Virus record (IMG/VR): IMGVR_UViG_3300044506_000022
Span: 1 to 59,159 of that record
DNA: 59,159 bases
Strand: one strand, 5' to 3'
Origin: a virus
Taxonomy: Duplodnaviria; Caudoviricetes
Shown: positions 45,266 to 53,338 of the stretch, in pieces
Layout of the letters: the number at the start of each line of letters is the position of its first letter
Position numbering within the stretch: the first letter of the stretch is position 1
Translations under genes and position numbers: made by a program
The notes under the pieces: model-generated
Told to the model about the DNA's origin: nothing
The model's input: the letters and a program-made list of their open reading frames with translations, nothing else
Database searches by the model: none

Positions 45266-46807
45266 TTATTGGCCTAATTGAGTTGTAGTAATAACAACCC
45301 CTGCACTTATTTGAGTACGGAAAATCATAAAACGGTTCATATTTAATAACTTGACCGCATAATCACAAAGCAATCGGTTTTGTGCAGTAATCGAAGGTGT
45401 ATTATTACTTGTGTCACATGTGATTCTGTAATCAGCAATCATTTGATCACTTGCACTTGCAGGAGATTTTAAAGGAAGTAAGATATTATCTACGGACTGC
45501 TTTACTTGTCTCATTAAATCGCCTGTAATCGGTTGGTCTACATACTGACCTCCAACAAACATTACTTGCGTATCGATGTAATCTTTCATACGACGTGTAT
45601 ACAACTGAGCATCTACTGTTCGAGATTGACAAAAGCCTCCACGAACTCCGATAGTTCCTTTTGGTGTTGTTACACCAATTGCATTGATTTGTAAGTTTGA
45701 AAGAGTCGCTAAATCAATTGGGCCAATATTTAAGCTTGGATCTGGTCCTAATATTCCATTTATCGTTTTATTACCAGTGCTTAGATGTGGTTTTAACTGA
45801 GAAAGTAACCCTGCGTAATATCCCAATGGACTTACTGTTTGTGTTGTATTTGTGACAGTTTCAAAAATCTGTACCCAAGGATAGACACAAATCAGTCTGT
45901 CTGAATCCAAACTGTTAACAAGAGAACTTAGTCCATTGATTGCAGTCCCTTTTGGAAATGTAGTAATGGCGATACGTGGAATCCCACCATTTTGTGTAAT
46001 CGACTGAGCATTATTTACAAGAGCAGTTTGAATAGTAGGATCACTTTGTCCTGCACAGACAACTAAATTAACTGGAGCAGAATCTAACGCAAAGATACCT
46101 GTTTTAGATGGTGTTGAAACACCGATATAATCAGCAGGTAAAGTTGTAGCTCCGTTTGTTCCTCCACTCATAGTAAAAGTACCTAATGCCCATGTGCTGT
46201 TATTGACAGTTCCTGGATAGATTGCAGTAGCCAAATTACTAAGTCCCGTACTTCCTGCATTACCATTACCGAAAATTAAATCTGCAGTTGTTGCACCTGC
46301 CGGAACAGTTGTTGCACCTTTCGCAACTACATTTGTCCATGTTTCACTCTCTGCTCCATATTGAATTTGGATATTGAATGTATTTGCAATAGATCCTGCT
46401 GAAGTAATAACGATTAAACTATTGCCCCATGTACCATTAGAAATGGCATTTAGTGTAAATACAGTACCAGGAGTTGCTTGTGTATCCTTTAAAACTACTG
46501 AAGCAGGAGTTGACGGTGTACCTGTTGCATCAATACGAACGACATAGACGTTGGCATTACCTTGTCTAAAGATTCCGCGAGCTTCTAAAGTTCCAGTTAA
46601 AGTTAACTGAGGATCTACTTCACCGAACTGTTTAACCAAATCTGTGTACGATGTAATTAATGTTGGTTTATTAAGTGGCCCTCTTGAGAAAGTTCCAATT
46701 AAACCGATATTACCAGTCGGTATATTCGTTGCTCCTTGAGGAACTGGCACCTCTAAGAAATACTGATCATCTACTGTTAGGTTGTTTAAGTTATTAATGA
46801 TTTGCAT
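45266..46807 (-). CDS. Contractile tail sheath protein
   Basis: IGTFSRGP.NKPTLITSY...FG, G.WGN, YPW, RR..DYI, CD.SNNT. Confidence 0.9.
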   Translation of the reverse strand: MQIINNLNNLTVDDQYFLEVPVPQGATNIPTGNIGLIGTFSRGPLNKPTLITSYTDLVKQFGEVDPQLTLTGTLEARGIFRQGNANVYVVRIDATGTPSTPASVVLKDTQATPGTVFTLNAISNGTWGNSLIVITSAGSIANTFNIQIQYGAESETWTNVVAKGATTVPAGATTADLIFGNGNAGSTGLSNLATAIYPGTVNNSTWALGTFTMSGGTNGATTLPADYIGVSTPSKTGIFALDSAPVNLVVCAGQSDPTIQTALVNNAQSITQNGGIPRIAITTFPKGTAINGLSSLVNSLDSDRLICVYPWVQIFETVTNTTQTVSPLGYYAGLLSQLKPHLSTGNKTINGILGPDPSLNIGPIDLATLSNLQINAIGVTTPKGTIGVRGGFCQSRTVDAQLYTRRMKDYIDTQVMFVGGQYVDQPITGDLMRQVKQSVDNILLPLKSPASASDQMIADYRITCDTSNNTPSITAQNRLLCDYAVKLLNMNRFMIFRTQISAGVVITTTQLGQ

Positions 46808-46821
46808 GTGTTCACCATCCT

Positions 46822-47391
46822 TTAATCATGTAGATTCATCTGTCTAAAGACGACATTTGTTTTGTAATCGTCATCATTGAATTGAATAACCTTAGCAGTT
46901 GGAGTTGTCTGAGCATCTAGTACTCTAGCAGTCACATTAAATGTCAAATCTCTTTGGTAGAAATTTGTTTCACCTTGACTGTTGTGTTGTCCTTTATACG
47001 AAAAAACAGCAGTCTCTACTCCCGGAATACCGATTTGTAATTGGGGATTACTCACCAAATACTGCTCAATACTCCATCCGAGTGAGGCACGCTGTTGTGG
47101 TGTTGCTGTAAAAAGGGATAACTGTAACAAATACGTTAGTCGCAGCTTTTCCTTATAAACCGTAGCGGTTAATCCATCTGCAGAAGGTACGATAGCATGA
47201 ACTGTCTCTCGACTGGTCTTATGCTCACCTCTGTCAGAGATTTGAAAAATCGCCAAGGTTGGTAGATTATTGTCCACGCTGAGATATTTTGTGTCTGGCC
47301 ATCCTACGAAAATCTTTTTAATTCCTAGATTACTAAAGGCACTTTGAAGTGCAATTGAGATACTTTCTATTGGATCTTTTTGAAGGTTCAT
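46822..47391 (-). CDS. Tail terminator/completion protein
   Basis: Position before the sheath gene; LPTLAI motif. Confidence 0.55.
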   Translation of the reverse strand: MNLQKDPIESISIALQSAFSNLGIKKIFVGWPDTKYLSVDNNLPTLAIFQISDRGEHKTSRETVHAIVPSADGLTATVYKEKLRLTYLLQLSLFTATPQQRASLGWSIEQYLVSNPQLQIGIPGVETAVFSYKGQHNSQGETNFYQRDLTFNVTARVLDAQTTPTAKVIQFNDDDYKTNVVFRQMNLHD

Positions 47392-47414
47392 TGATGTCCC
47401 TCCCATTGGTGCTC

Positions 47415-47885
47415 TTAGATATAACTCTTAACAATTGCTCTTTGCATTTCTTCTTTCAAAAATGCATGGTTTTCAAAAACAGCTGGACGCAAAAAAGGCC
47501 GAGGTGGAATATGTTTCGTTCCAAACTCTTGCCATTCTGCTACTTCATCATTTGTTCCGACAATGCCAGTTAACCCTTCAACATGAACGAGAATACTACC
47601 TCGTAAATTTGTTGTTTTCGATTTTTTACCACTTGAAGAATGTCCAATTAACGGATCGTCACCACTTGCTCCTGCTTTTAATTTGGCAGCAACTGTTTGT
47701 TCGCTTAATGGTGTCCAAGCAGGAAAATCTCCCACTGCAGGTTGATACGTACCAAACTTTTTCTTTGCATCGCCTTGCACTTTTACTGCAGTTTTCAAAA
47801 TACCTTCACTAACATTCAAGGTCACTCGTGCAGGTGCTTCAGCTAACTTTCTAGCCAAGTCCTCTAATGATCTAAATTGCTTCAT
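47415..47885 (-). CDS. Neck protein (HK97 gp10-like)
   Basis: LRGSI...VGT....A.WQEFGT.HIPPRPFLRPA. Confidence 0.8.
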   Translation of the reverse strand: MKQFRSLEDLARKLAEAPARVTLNVSEGILKTAVKVQGDAKKKFGTYQPAVGDFPAWTPLSEQTVAAKLKAGASGDDPLIGHSSSGKKSKTTNLRGSILVHVEGLTGIVGTNDEVAEWQEFGTKHIPPRPFLRPAVFENHAFLKEEMQRAIVKSYI

Positions 47886-48253
47886 TAAGGACTCACCTCT
47901 CTAGTTGCATAAATGTAGTCAACTACATCAACACCTTGGAATGGAGTCGGTTGAAGAAAATTCACTTTATAAGTGTGGCCCCCATATTGAATTTCATCTC
48001 CTGTTAGAAAGATGCCAGGTAATGTTAATAACTTCAATTTTTCAACTGGCTTTCCACCTGCAAGCGTTGGTGTTAAATCCATCTTTTCTGACTCAATGAC
48101 GATTGTTGCAGTGAATGTATTTGTAGTAGCATCTAAAGGTGTAGCGTAAATGTCATATTGCGTTGCAGCTTGAACCCTGTTAACCGCCACATTGATACCA
48201 AAATTGGTTAGAATCATTGATAGTCTTAGTTGAATGTCACTTGCTAAACTCAT
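47885..48253 (-). CDS. Putative head closure protein
   Basis: Position; GDEI.Y.G..YKV. Confidence 0.55.
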   Translation of the reverse strand: MSLASDIQLRLSMILTNFGINVAVNRVQAATQYDIYATPLDATTNTFTATIVIESEKMDLTPTLAGGKPVEKLKLLTLPGIFLTGDEIQYGGHTYKVNFLQPTPFQGVDVVDYIYATREVSP

Positions 48254-48906
48254 TAGGACATCCCCCCAATCGGACGAAAACGAATAAATTTATTAAACAT
48301 GTGTTCATACTTCTCAGCTTGCTCTTGTACTCGTTTTGCCACCTCTGTATCATCGATTTGCAACCCTTGACCAACTTTGTATTTTTGCATTTTACTTCCC
48401 TTATCAACTGCTAAAGCATTTAAAGCGAAGCTTGCAGAAATATAAGAAAGTGCAATTATGTCAGGCTGCGGAATTGTGAATAAGTCATTGGTCAATTGAT
48501 GCATAGCATAATAAGAAAACGATAGAGATTGAGTTGATTGCGGTGTAGGACTAACGATCACATACAATTCACTGTCGTACCAATCAAATGACGTTTCTTG
48601 CAACAAGGCATTGTTGTTTAGAGTTGGTAATACAAAACTAGTAAACTGAGTTAGATCAACGTTTGAAGATGGATTGATACACTTGTTAAAACTAGCTTTA
48701 TCAACTCGTATCCAATCACTAGGCAATGTATATTGACTTTGCCCTGCTACTAGGTTCAAAGTGAATGGTATTCTCCTTGGTTTATATCTTGAATACCAAG
48801 AGGTGCCATCTTGTACAAATTCATCTATTTCATCATCAGTAAATAAGGTACTTGCTCCATCTTTCAACAAGCCCCTTACTTTTTCTCTAAGAGTTAAAGG
48901 AGTCAT
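48253..48906 (-). CDS. Putative head-tail adaptor
   Basis: VR.LL.D....FTDDEI; L..GQ..Y.LPSD. Confidence 0.6.
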   Translation of the reverse strand: MTPLTLREKVRGLLKDGASTLFTDDEIDEFVQDGTSWYSRYKPRRIPFTLNLVAGQSQYTLPSDWIRVDKASFNKCINPSSNVDLTQFTSFVLPTLNNNALLQETSFDWYDSELYVIVSPTPQSTQSLSFSYYAMHQLTNDLFTIPQPDIIALSYISASFALNALAVDKGSKMQKYKVGQGLQIDDTEVAKRVQEQAEKYEHMFNKFIRFRPIGGMS

Positions 48907-48917
48907 ATTTTACTCTC

Positions 48918-49082
48918 CTATTCCTTAGTTTTTCCTCTAGTTTTTCTTTTGACTGGTTCATCTGGTACTTCTTCATTCTCAAGGTCCACATGAGCAAACC
49001 CTTCATAAGCTTCAAAAGGTCCTATACGTTGACCAGTAATCGGATGAAAAAAAGGCTCTTCGCCATTTCGTAACATGATCAT
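48918..49082 (-). CDS. 54-aa protein, paralog B, absent from ORF track
   Basis: MIMLRNGEEPFFHPITGQRIGPFEAYEGFAH...KRKTRGKTKE; aaggaggg RBS. Confidence 0.75.
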   Translation of the reverse strand: MIMLRNGEEPFFHPITGQRIGPFEAYEGFAHVDLENEEVPDEPVKRKTRGKTKE

Positions 49083-49094
49083 AATGAACCCTCC

Positions 49095-49271
49095 TTAACT
49101 TTCAGTCGGCTCATTCGGTGTAATATCCTCTTTAACACCATCAGCAACAATATTTGTGTATTCTGTATTCTCAGTTGGTTGATGTGCGTACCCATCATAA
49201 AATTCAAAAGCGCCTACACGTTTTCCAGTAACTGGATGGACAAATGGAACTGCTCCGTTCATTAGTAACAT
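49095..49271 (-). CDS. 58-aa protein, paralog A, absent from ORF track
   Basis: MLLMNGAVPFVHPVTGKRVGAFEFYDGYAH...; aggagga RBS. Confidence 0.75.
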   Translation of the reverse strand: MLLMNGAVPFVHPVTGKRVGAFEFYDGYAHQPTENTEYTNIVADGVKEDITPNEPTES

Positions 49272-49344
49272 AAAGATTCCTCCTACTAGTTGGATTTAAA
49301 AAGAAAAAGAGAGCTCAACTTGAACCCTCTTTGTAGAACATCGA

Positions 49345-52107
49345 TTAGACTAGTTTGATAGAACGTGATTTTGGATTTAAGATAGCACCAGTAGAATCTA
49401 CAGTCTGTGGTGTAGCCATTACGCTATTTTCACGACCGTAGAACACTTTTGCATCAACGATGTTCCCGTTGTTATCGTATTTTGGATATGGCCCTTCGAT
49501 TTGGTAAGGTGTTTCAATCGCGTAACGTGTAGCACCTTTTTGAGTTAATAAGATACGGTTATCTCCTGCAACCCAAGGAGCGTTGATACGTGCAAAGTTA
49601 ACACCAGAACGAGTACCAAACATGTTAGAAGTACCACCACCAGTTAATGAGCCAAGGTCTGGTTGATTTAATTTGTACCAAATTGATGCATTTTCGATAT
49701 ATTGTGAAGCATTTAGAGACATAATTCCTAAGTTCGGTTTATTAAAACGAGGAGCACTACCCATAAAGTTAGCTTGTGCAGTGATCAATTGTAATAAAGT
49801 ATTGTAATACGCTTCAGCAGTTGTTCCACCTGGCACTGTAGTTGCCCAACGAACATAGTTAGTTACACCACTATAAGCAAATGTTGGTAAACCAGTAGTG
49901 GTATTTGCACCTGATGTATTTGCGAAGTAAACAATTCCGTTTTCAAAATCAACTGCATAATCACCAGATTGCACGTTACCGTTTGCATCTAAATAGCCCA
50001 TTGTTTTTTGTGCAGCTGAAATTGTGATAGTAAATGGATTGATTGTTGTTGTTTGCATTTGTCCTGCAGCGTTTAATTGCGTACGAACACGAGGACGTAC
50101 AATTGGATTTGTTCCTGCTGTACCTGTTGCAGTTCCACCTAAAGTTAAATTGTATTTGTAGTTAACGTTTGTACCATTTGATACAGATGTCATCGCACCT
50201 GCAGTTGCAACCTCAGAAGCGACAACTTGTGGTTTGTACTCATCTGAAGCCATTACCATTTCAAGATAAGCTAGGTTATCTAATTTTCTACGTTTATCAT
50301 AACCGATATGATAGATACCGCGAGTGATCGCATCGTATTTAGCAGGCCCACTTGCCAAAGTTTTAACAGCTTCAGTAGATAGTGAGATAGCGTTCTTTCT
50401 CCATTGTGGAGCATATGATAACCAAGCTAAGTTAATAACAGATTCAGGAATACCAGAACCCTCAGCAACTAGAATATCTTGTAAGCCAGTTTGTGGATTC
50501 ACCGTATTAGCACTTGTAAATGTTTCAACTGGCCATCTAACCTCAGAACCTTCAAAAACTTCTGGTGCTAGGAATTGCATTGATTCAACGTCTTGGAATG
50601 ACTGAATCAATAACGCTTGTTGAACAGTCGGTTGGTTTAATAATTGGGAAGTCGTAACAGAAACAGCATCTGTCGCGATCATGCTATCAACCATTGCCAC
50701 TGAATCCTTCATTGCTTCGTAACCAATTGTTTTCTCGAATTTATCCATGATTTCTGAAACAACTTTTTGGTTATACTTACGAACTGATGGATCGTGTTGA
50801 TGTCCGAATTCATCTCCAATACGATCAAAGCTATCTAAAAGAGTTTGTACTTGTTTACCCCAAGGTTTATGCTCATGTGTTACTTCTACTCTCACATGTC
50901 CACCTTCTCCTGTATTTGTGCCATTAAACCCTACTGAATCCAATTTAGCTACGCTTGAAGTTTTGCTATAAAGATTTGTCATAGAATCGATGATTGCTGT
51001 AACAACATCTTTATCTGTCGCTTCCTTAACAGAATCAGACATTAAAAAAAGCACCTCTTCAGGTACTTTGCCTTTTAACTCTTCAATTTTGCTATCTGCA
51101 AATGCTTTTGTTTCTGCTTTTGCTTGCTCAAATGCTTTTGCTTTTTCTTCTTCTGATTTTTGTGCTGCTACTGCATCTAATGCAGGTTGTGCGATTGCTT
51201 TTGCTTGTTCTTCTACTAAACTTTTAAACTCTTCACTGTCTTTCATTGCTTTTAGGATGTCTTCTAATTTCATATCTTCTACCTCTCCCTCTTGGCCATC
51301 TGTATTGACCGCATTAAATTGATGATTTCTTGCTAATTTGTAGCTATCGTATTCACTTGAACCTAACTTACGAATGTTTTGAGAAACGTTTATGGAGGCT
51401 GACTGATACTCTTCTGATACATAAACATCTTGGCATGGTTCACAAGTGTAATAATCAATGTCTCCATCTCCATCTGGATCTTGTGGAGTAAGCTCTGCAT
51501 TACAGCTAGGGCAGACAGGTGTTGTCGTTGTAACTCCATCATTTAACACCTCCTCGACTTGGGAATCAGTAAGAACTGATATGACTTCACAACCAGGAGT
51601 GGCAGGATTCATCACAACATCATAAGAAAGTATTTTTAGTTTTGTGGCCACATCGACCATAACTCCATTAATACGTTTTCTTACCGAATCACCTAGAGCC
51701 CTCATGCTAATTCCAACAGGCACTCCTGCTTTAATAAGTGCTTGTAAATCTTTTCCTTTAGCTGTATCTAAGACTTCAGCATCGATATAAACTGAACCAT
51801 CTGTTTTATCAACGAATTGGTTATAAATTTTAATAACTGTATTGTCTATACTTGTATCAAATACAACTTGCCCACGTTTATTTGTAAAAGCTTTTGGATG
51901 AGGTGATTCCCCTATCATTCGGCCAGAACTAACAGCTTCATTCGATTCTTCAACACCATCATTCATTACATTAAACGGATACAGACGATCGTTGTCGTTA
52001 TGGACATTTGCTTGTGTAGCCTTCCATCTTGCTCGGACTTTACCATCTTCATTGGAATCAATTAGGATAGCAGGAGACACAATCATATCGTTAAAAACAT
52101 GTTTCAT
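49345..52107 (-). CDS. Prohead protease-scaffold-major capsid polyprotein
   Basis: T4 gp21-like motifs N.N.RLYP, GESPHP, T.KG, GISMRALG, YDVV.NP; helical scaffold; C-terminal ~440-aa capsid-like region; no other MCP candidate. Confidence 0.85.
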   Translation of the reverse strand: MKHVFNDMIVSPAILIDSNEDGKVRARWKATQANVHNDNDRLYPFNVMNDGVEESNEAVSSGRMIGESPHPKAFTNKRGQVVFDTSIDNTVIKIYNQFVDKTDGSVYIDAEVLDTAKGKDLQALIKAGVPVGISMRALGDSVRKRINGVMVDVATKLKILSYDVVMNPATPGCEVISVLTDSQVEEVLNDGVTTTTPVCPSCNAELTPQDPDGDGDIDYYTCEPCQDVYVSEEYQSASINVSQNIRKLGSSEYDSYKLARNHQFNAVNTDGQEGEVEDMKLEDILKAMKDSEEFKSLVEEQAKAIAQPALDAVAAQKSEEEKAKAFEQAKAETKAFADSKIEELKGKVPEEVLFLMSDSVKEATDKDVVTAIIDSMTNLYSKTSSVAKLDSVGFNGTNTGEGGHVRVEVTHEHKPWGKQVQTLLDSFDRIGDEFGHQHDPSVRKYNQKVVSEIMDKFEKTIGYEAMKDSVAMVDSMIATDAVSVTTSQLLNQPTVQQALLIQSFQDVESMQFLAPEVFEGSEVRWPVETFTSANTVNPQTGLQDILVAEGSGIPESVINLAWLSYAPQWRKNAISLSTEAVKTLASGPAKYDAITRGIYHIGYDKRRKLDNLAYLEMVMASDEYKPQVVASEVATAGAMTSVSNGTNVNYKYNLTLGGTATGTAGTNPIVRPRVRTQLNAAGQMQTTTINPFTITISAAQKTMGYLDANGNVQSGDYAVDFENGIVYFANTSGANTTTGLPTFAYSGVTNYVRWATTVPGGTTAEAYYNTLLQLITAQANFMGSAPRFNKPNLGIMSLNASQYIENASIWYKLNQPDLGSLTGGGTSNMFGTRSGVNFARINAPWVAGDNRILLTQKGATRYAIETPYQIEGPYPKYDNNGNIVDAKVFYGRENSVMATPQTVDSTGAILNPKSRSIKLV

Positions 52108-52183
52108 TGATTTACTCCTCTCTTTTTTAAACATTAAAAAGAAGCGATGTTCACATTTCTCATCACCGCCCTTTCGTTTATAT

Positions 52184-52423
52184 TTATAAATCGAATCTGA
52201 ATTTGTGTTTTTGCGATTCTACCTGAATTGTTGCTAATGGTATTAATTCTCCTTCTTCAACTTCTGGAAAGTCATCACCCTTTAGCACTAACCCAACAAC
52301 TAATCGCTCTTGGTCAACGTATACTTGTTTCACATCAGTTACCTGTTCTTTTATTCCTAACAAGGAAAGTATCAACGGACTTGTAATCTCGATTCGACAT
52401 AATTTCTCAGCTATGTCACTCAC
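52184..52423 (-). CDS. Hypothetical protein
   Basis: ORF with gggagg RBS. Confidence 0.6.
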   Translation of the reverse strand: MSDIAEKLCRIEITSPLILSLLGIKEQVTDVKQVYVDQERLVVGLVLKGDDFPEVEEGELIPLATIQVESQKHKFRFDL

Positions 52424-52479
52424 CTCCCTTTAAGGCATAATAAAAAGCACATCAACTAATCAAATTAGTCAACATGCTT

Positions 52480-52734
52480 TTATAAACTTTCTAAACTATT
52501 CAGATCAGCCGAACAACCAAAGTCTGTAATTTCAATATCTTGATTTACTTTTAATTTCAAATCATCGTCATAGGCATTTGCATAATAATTTGATTTAATA
52601 ATTGCGTTTTCAATAGGATTAACAATTATTTCATCTTTAGGTGTACCTTTAACACGAACAGTAACATATACGTATTTAAAACCTGCCTTTACTGCTTCGT
52701 TAAATGTATTAATTAATTTTTGCTTTCTATTCAT
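52480..52734 (-). CDS. Hypothetical phage protein
   Basis: EIIVNP.EN...K..YY..AYDDDL.L. Confidence 0.7.
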   Translation of the reverse strand: MNRKQKLINTFNEAVKAGFKYVYVTVRVKGTPKDEIIVNPIENAIIKSNYYANAYDDDLKLKVNQDIEITDFGCSADLNSLESL

Positions 52735-52882
52735 CTTTTACACCTTTACTTTTTTGTGACTTTAAGTAACTTTCCTTCCAATAATCAGCATCTGACTTAT
52801 GTTCTAGTAATCTCGTTGATAAAAATACAATAGCAAGCGCTTGTAACCCCATAAAAATCATCAACCATTCTACTTCTGACAT
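52727..52882 (-). CDS. 51-aa membrane-anchored protein, absent from ORF track
   Basis: MSEVEWLMIFMGLQALAIVFLSTR...; ggaggt RBS. Confidence 0.55.
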   Translation of the reverse strand: MSEVEWLMIFMGLQALAIVFLSTRLLEHKSDADYWKESYLKSQKSKGVKDE

Positions 52883-52898
52883 TAGTTACTACCTCCAT

Positions 52899-53321
52899 TT
52901 ATAATTCAATACCCTCTGCTTTAAGGGCTGCTAAACAAATCGCTATTTTTGCGGATTCATCATATACTTGGTTATCACTAAAATCAGCGTACCATTTCCC
53001 TTCAAGACTTTGAGCTAGTTTGAATAAGTGTTTATCTTTTAACTTCTCAACTACTTTCCAAGCTAATGAAATTGATTCTGCATAATTTGGAGCATCTACT
53101 TTACAAGGTTTGTCTGGACCATTTTGACAATGATGACAATAACTATAAAAACATCTTTTACAAGCAGGTCCATTATGGTTATCCACTTCAAATGCAAATG
53201 TATCAATTTCACCATCTTCATCAAGTTCCCAATCATGCTCAGACCGTGTACCGAAATCGACTTGTGGTACTAGTCCCATTATTTTTTCAGCAACTAATTG
53301 ATTTATTTTTTGAATATCCAA
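52899..53321 (-). CDS. BC1872/ABA-sandwich-like protein with Zn-binding insert
   Basis: INQLVAEKIMG...YAESISLAWKVVEKL...AICLAAL; insert CKRC....CHHC. Confidence 0.65.
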   Translation of the reverse strand: MDIQKINQLVAEKIMGLVPQVDFGTRSEHDWELDEDGEIDTFAFEVDNHNGPACKRCFYSYCHHCQNGPDKPCKVDAPNYAESISLAWKVVEKLKDKHLFKLAQSLEGKWYADFSDNQVYDESAKIAICLAALKAEGIEL

Positions 53322-53338
53322 TTTGTCTCCTCCTACCT

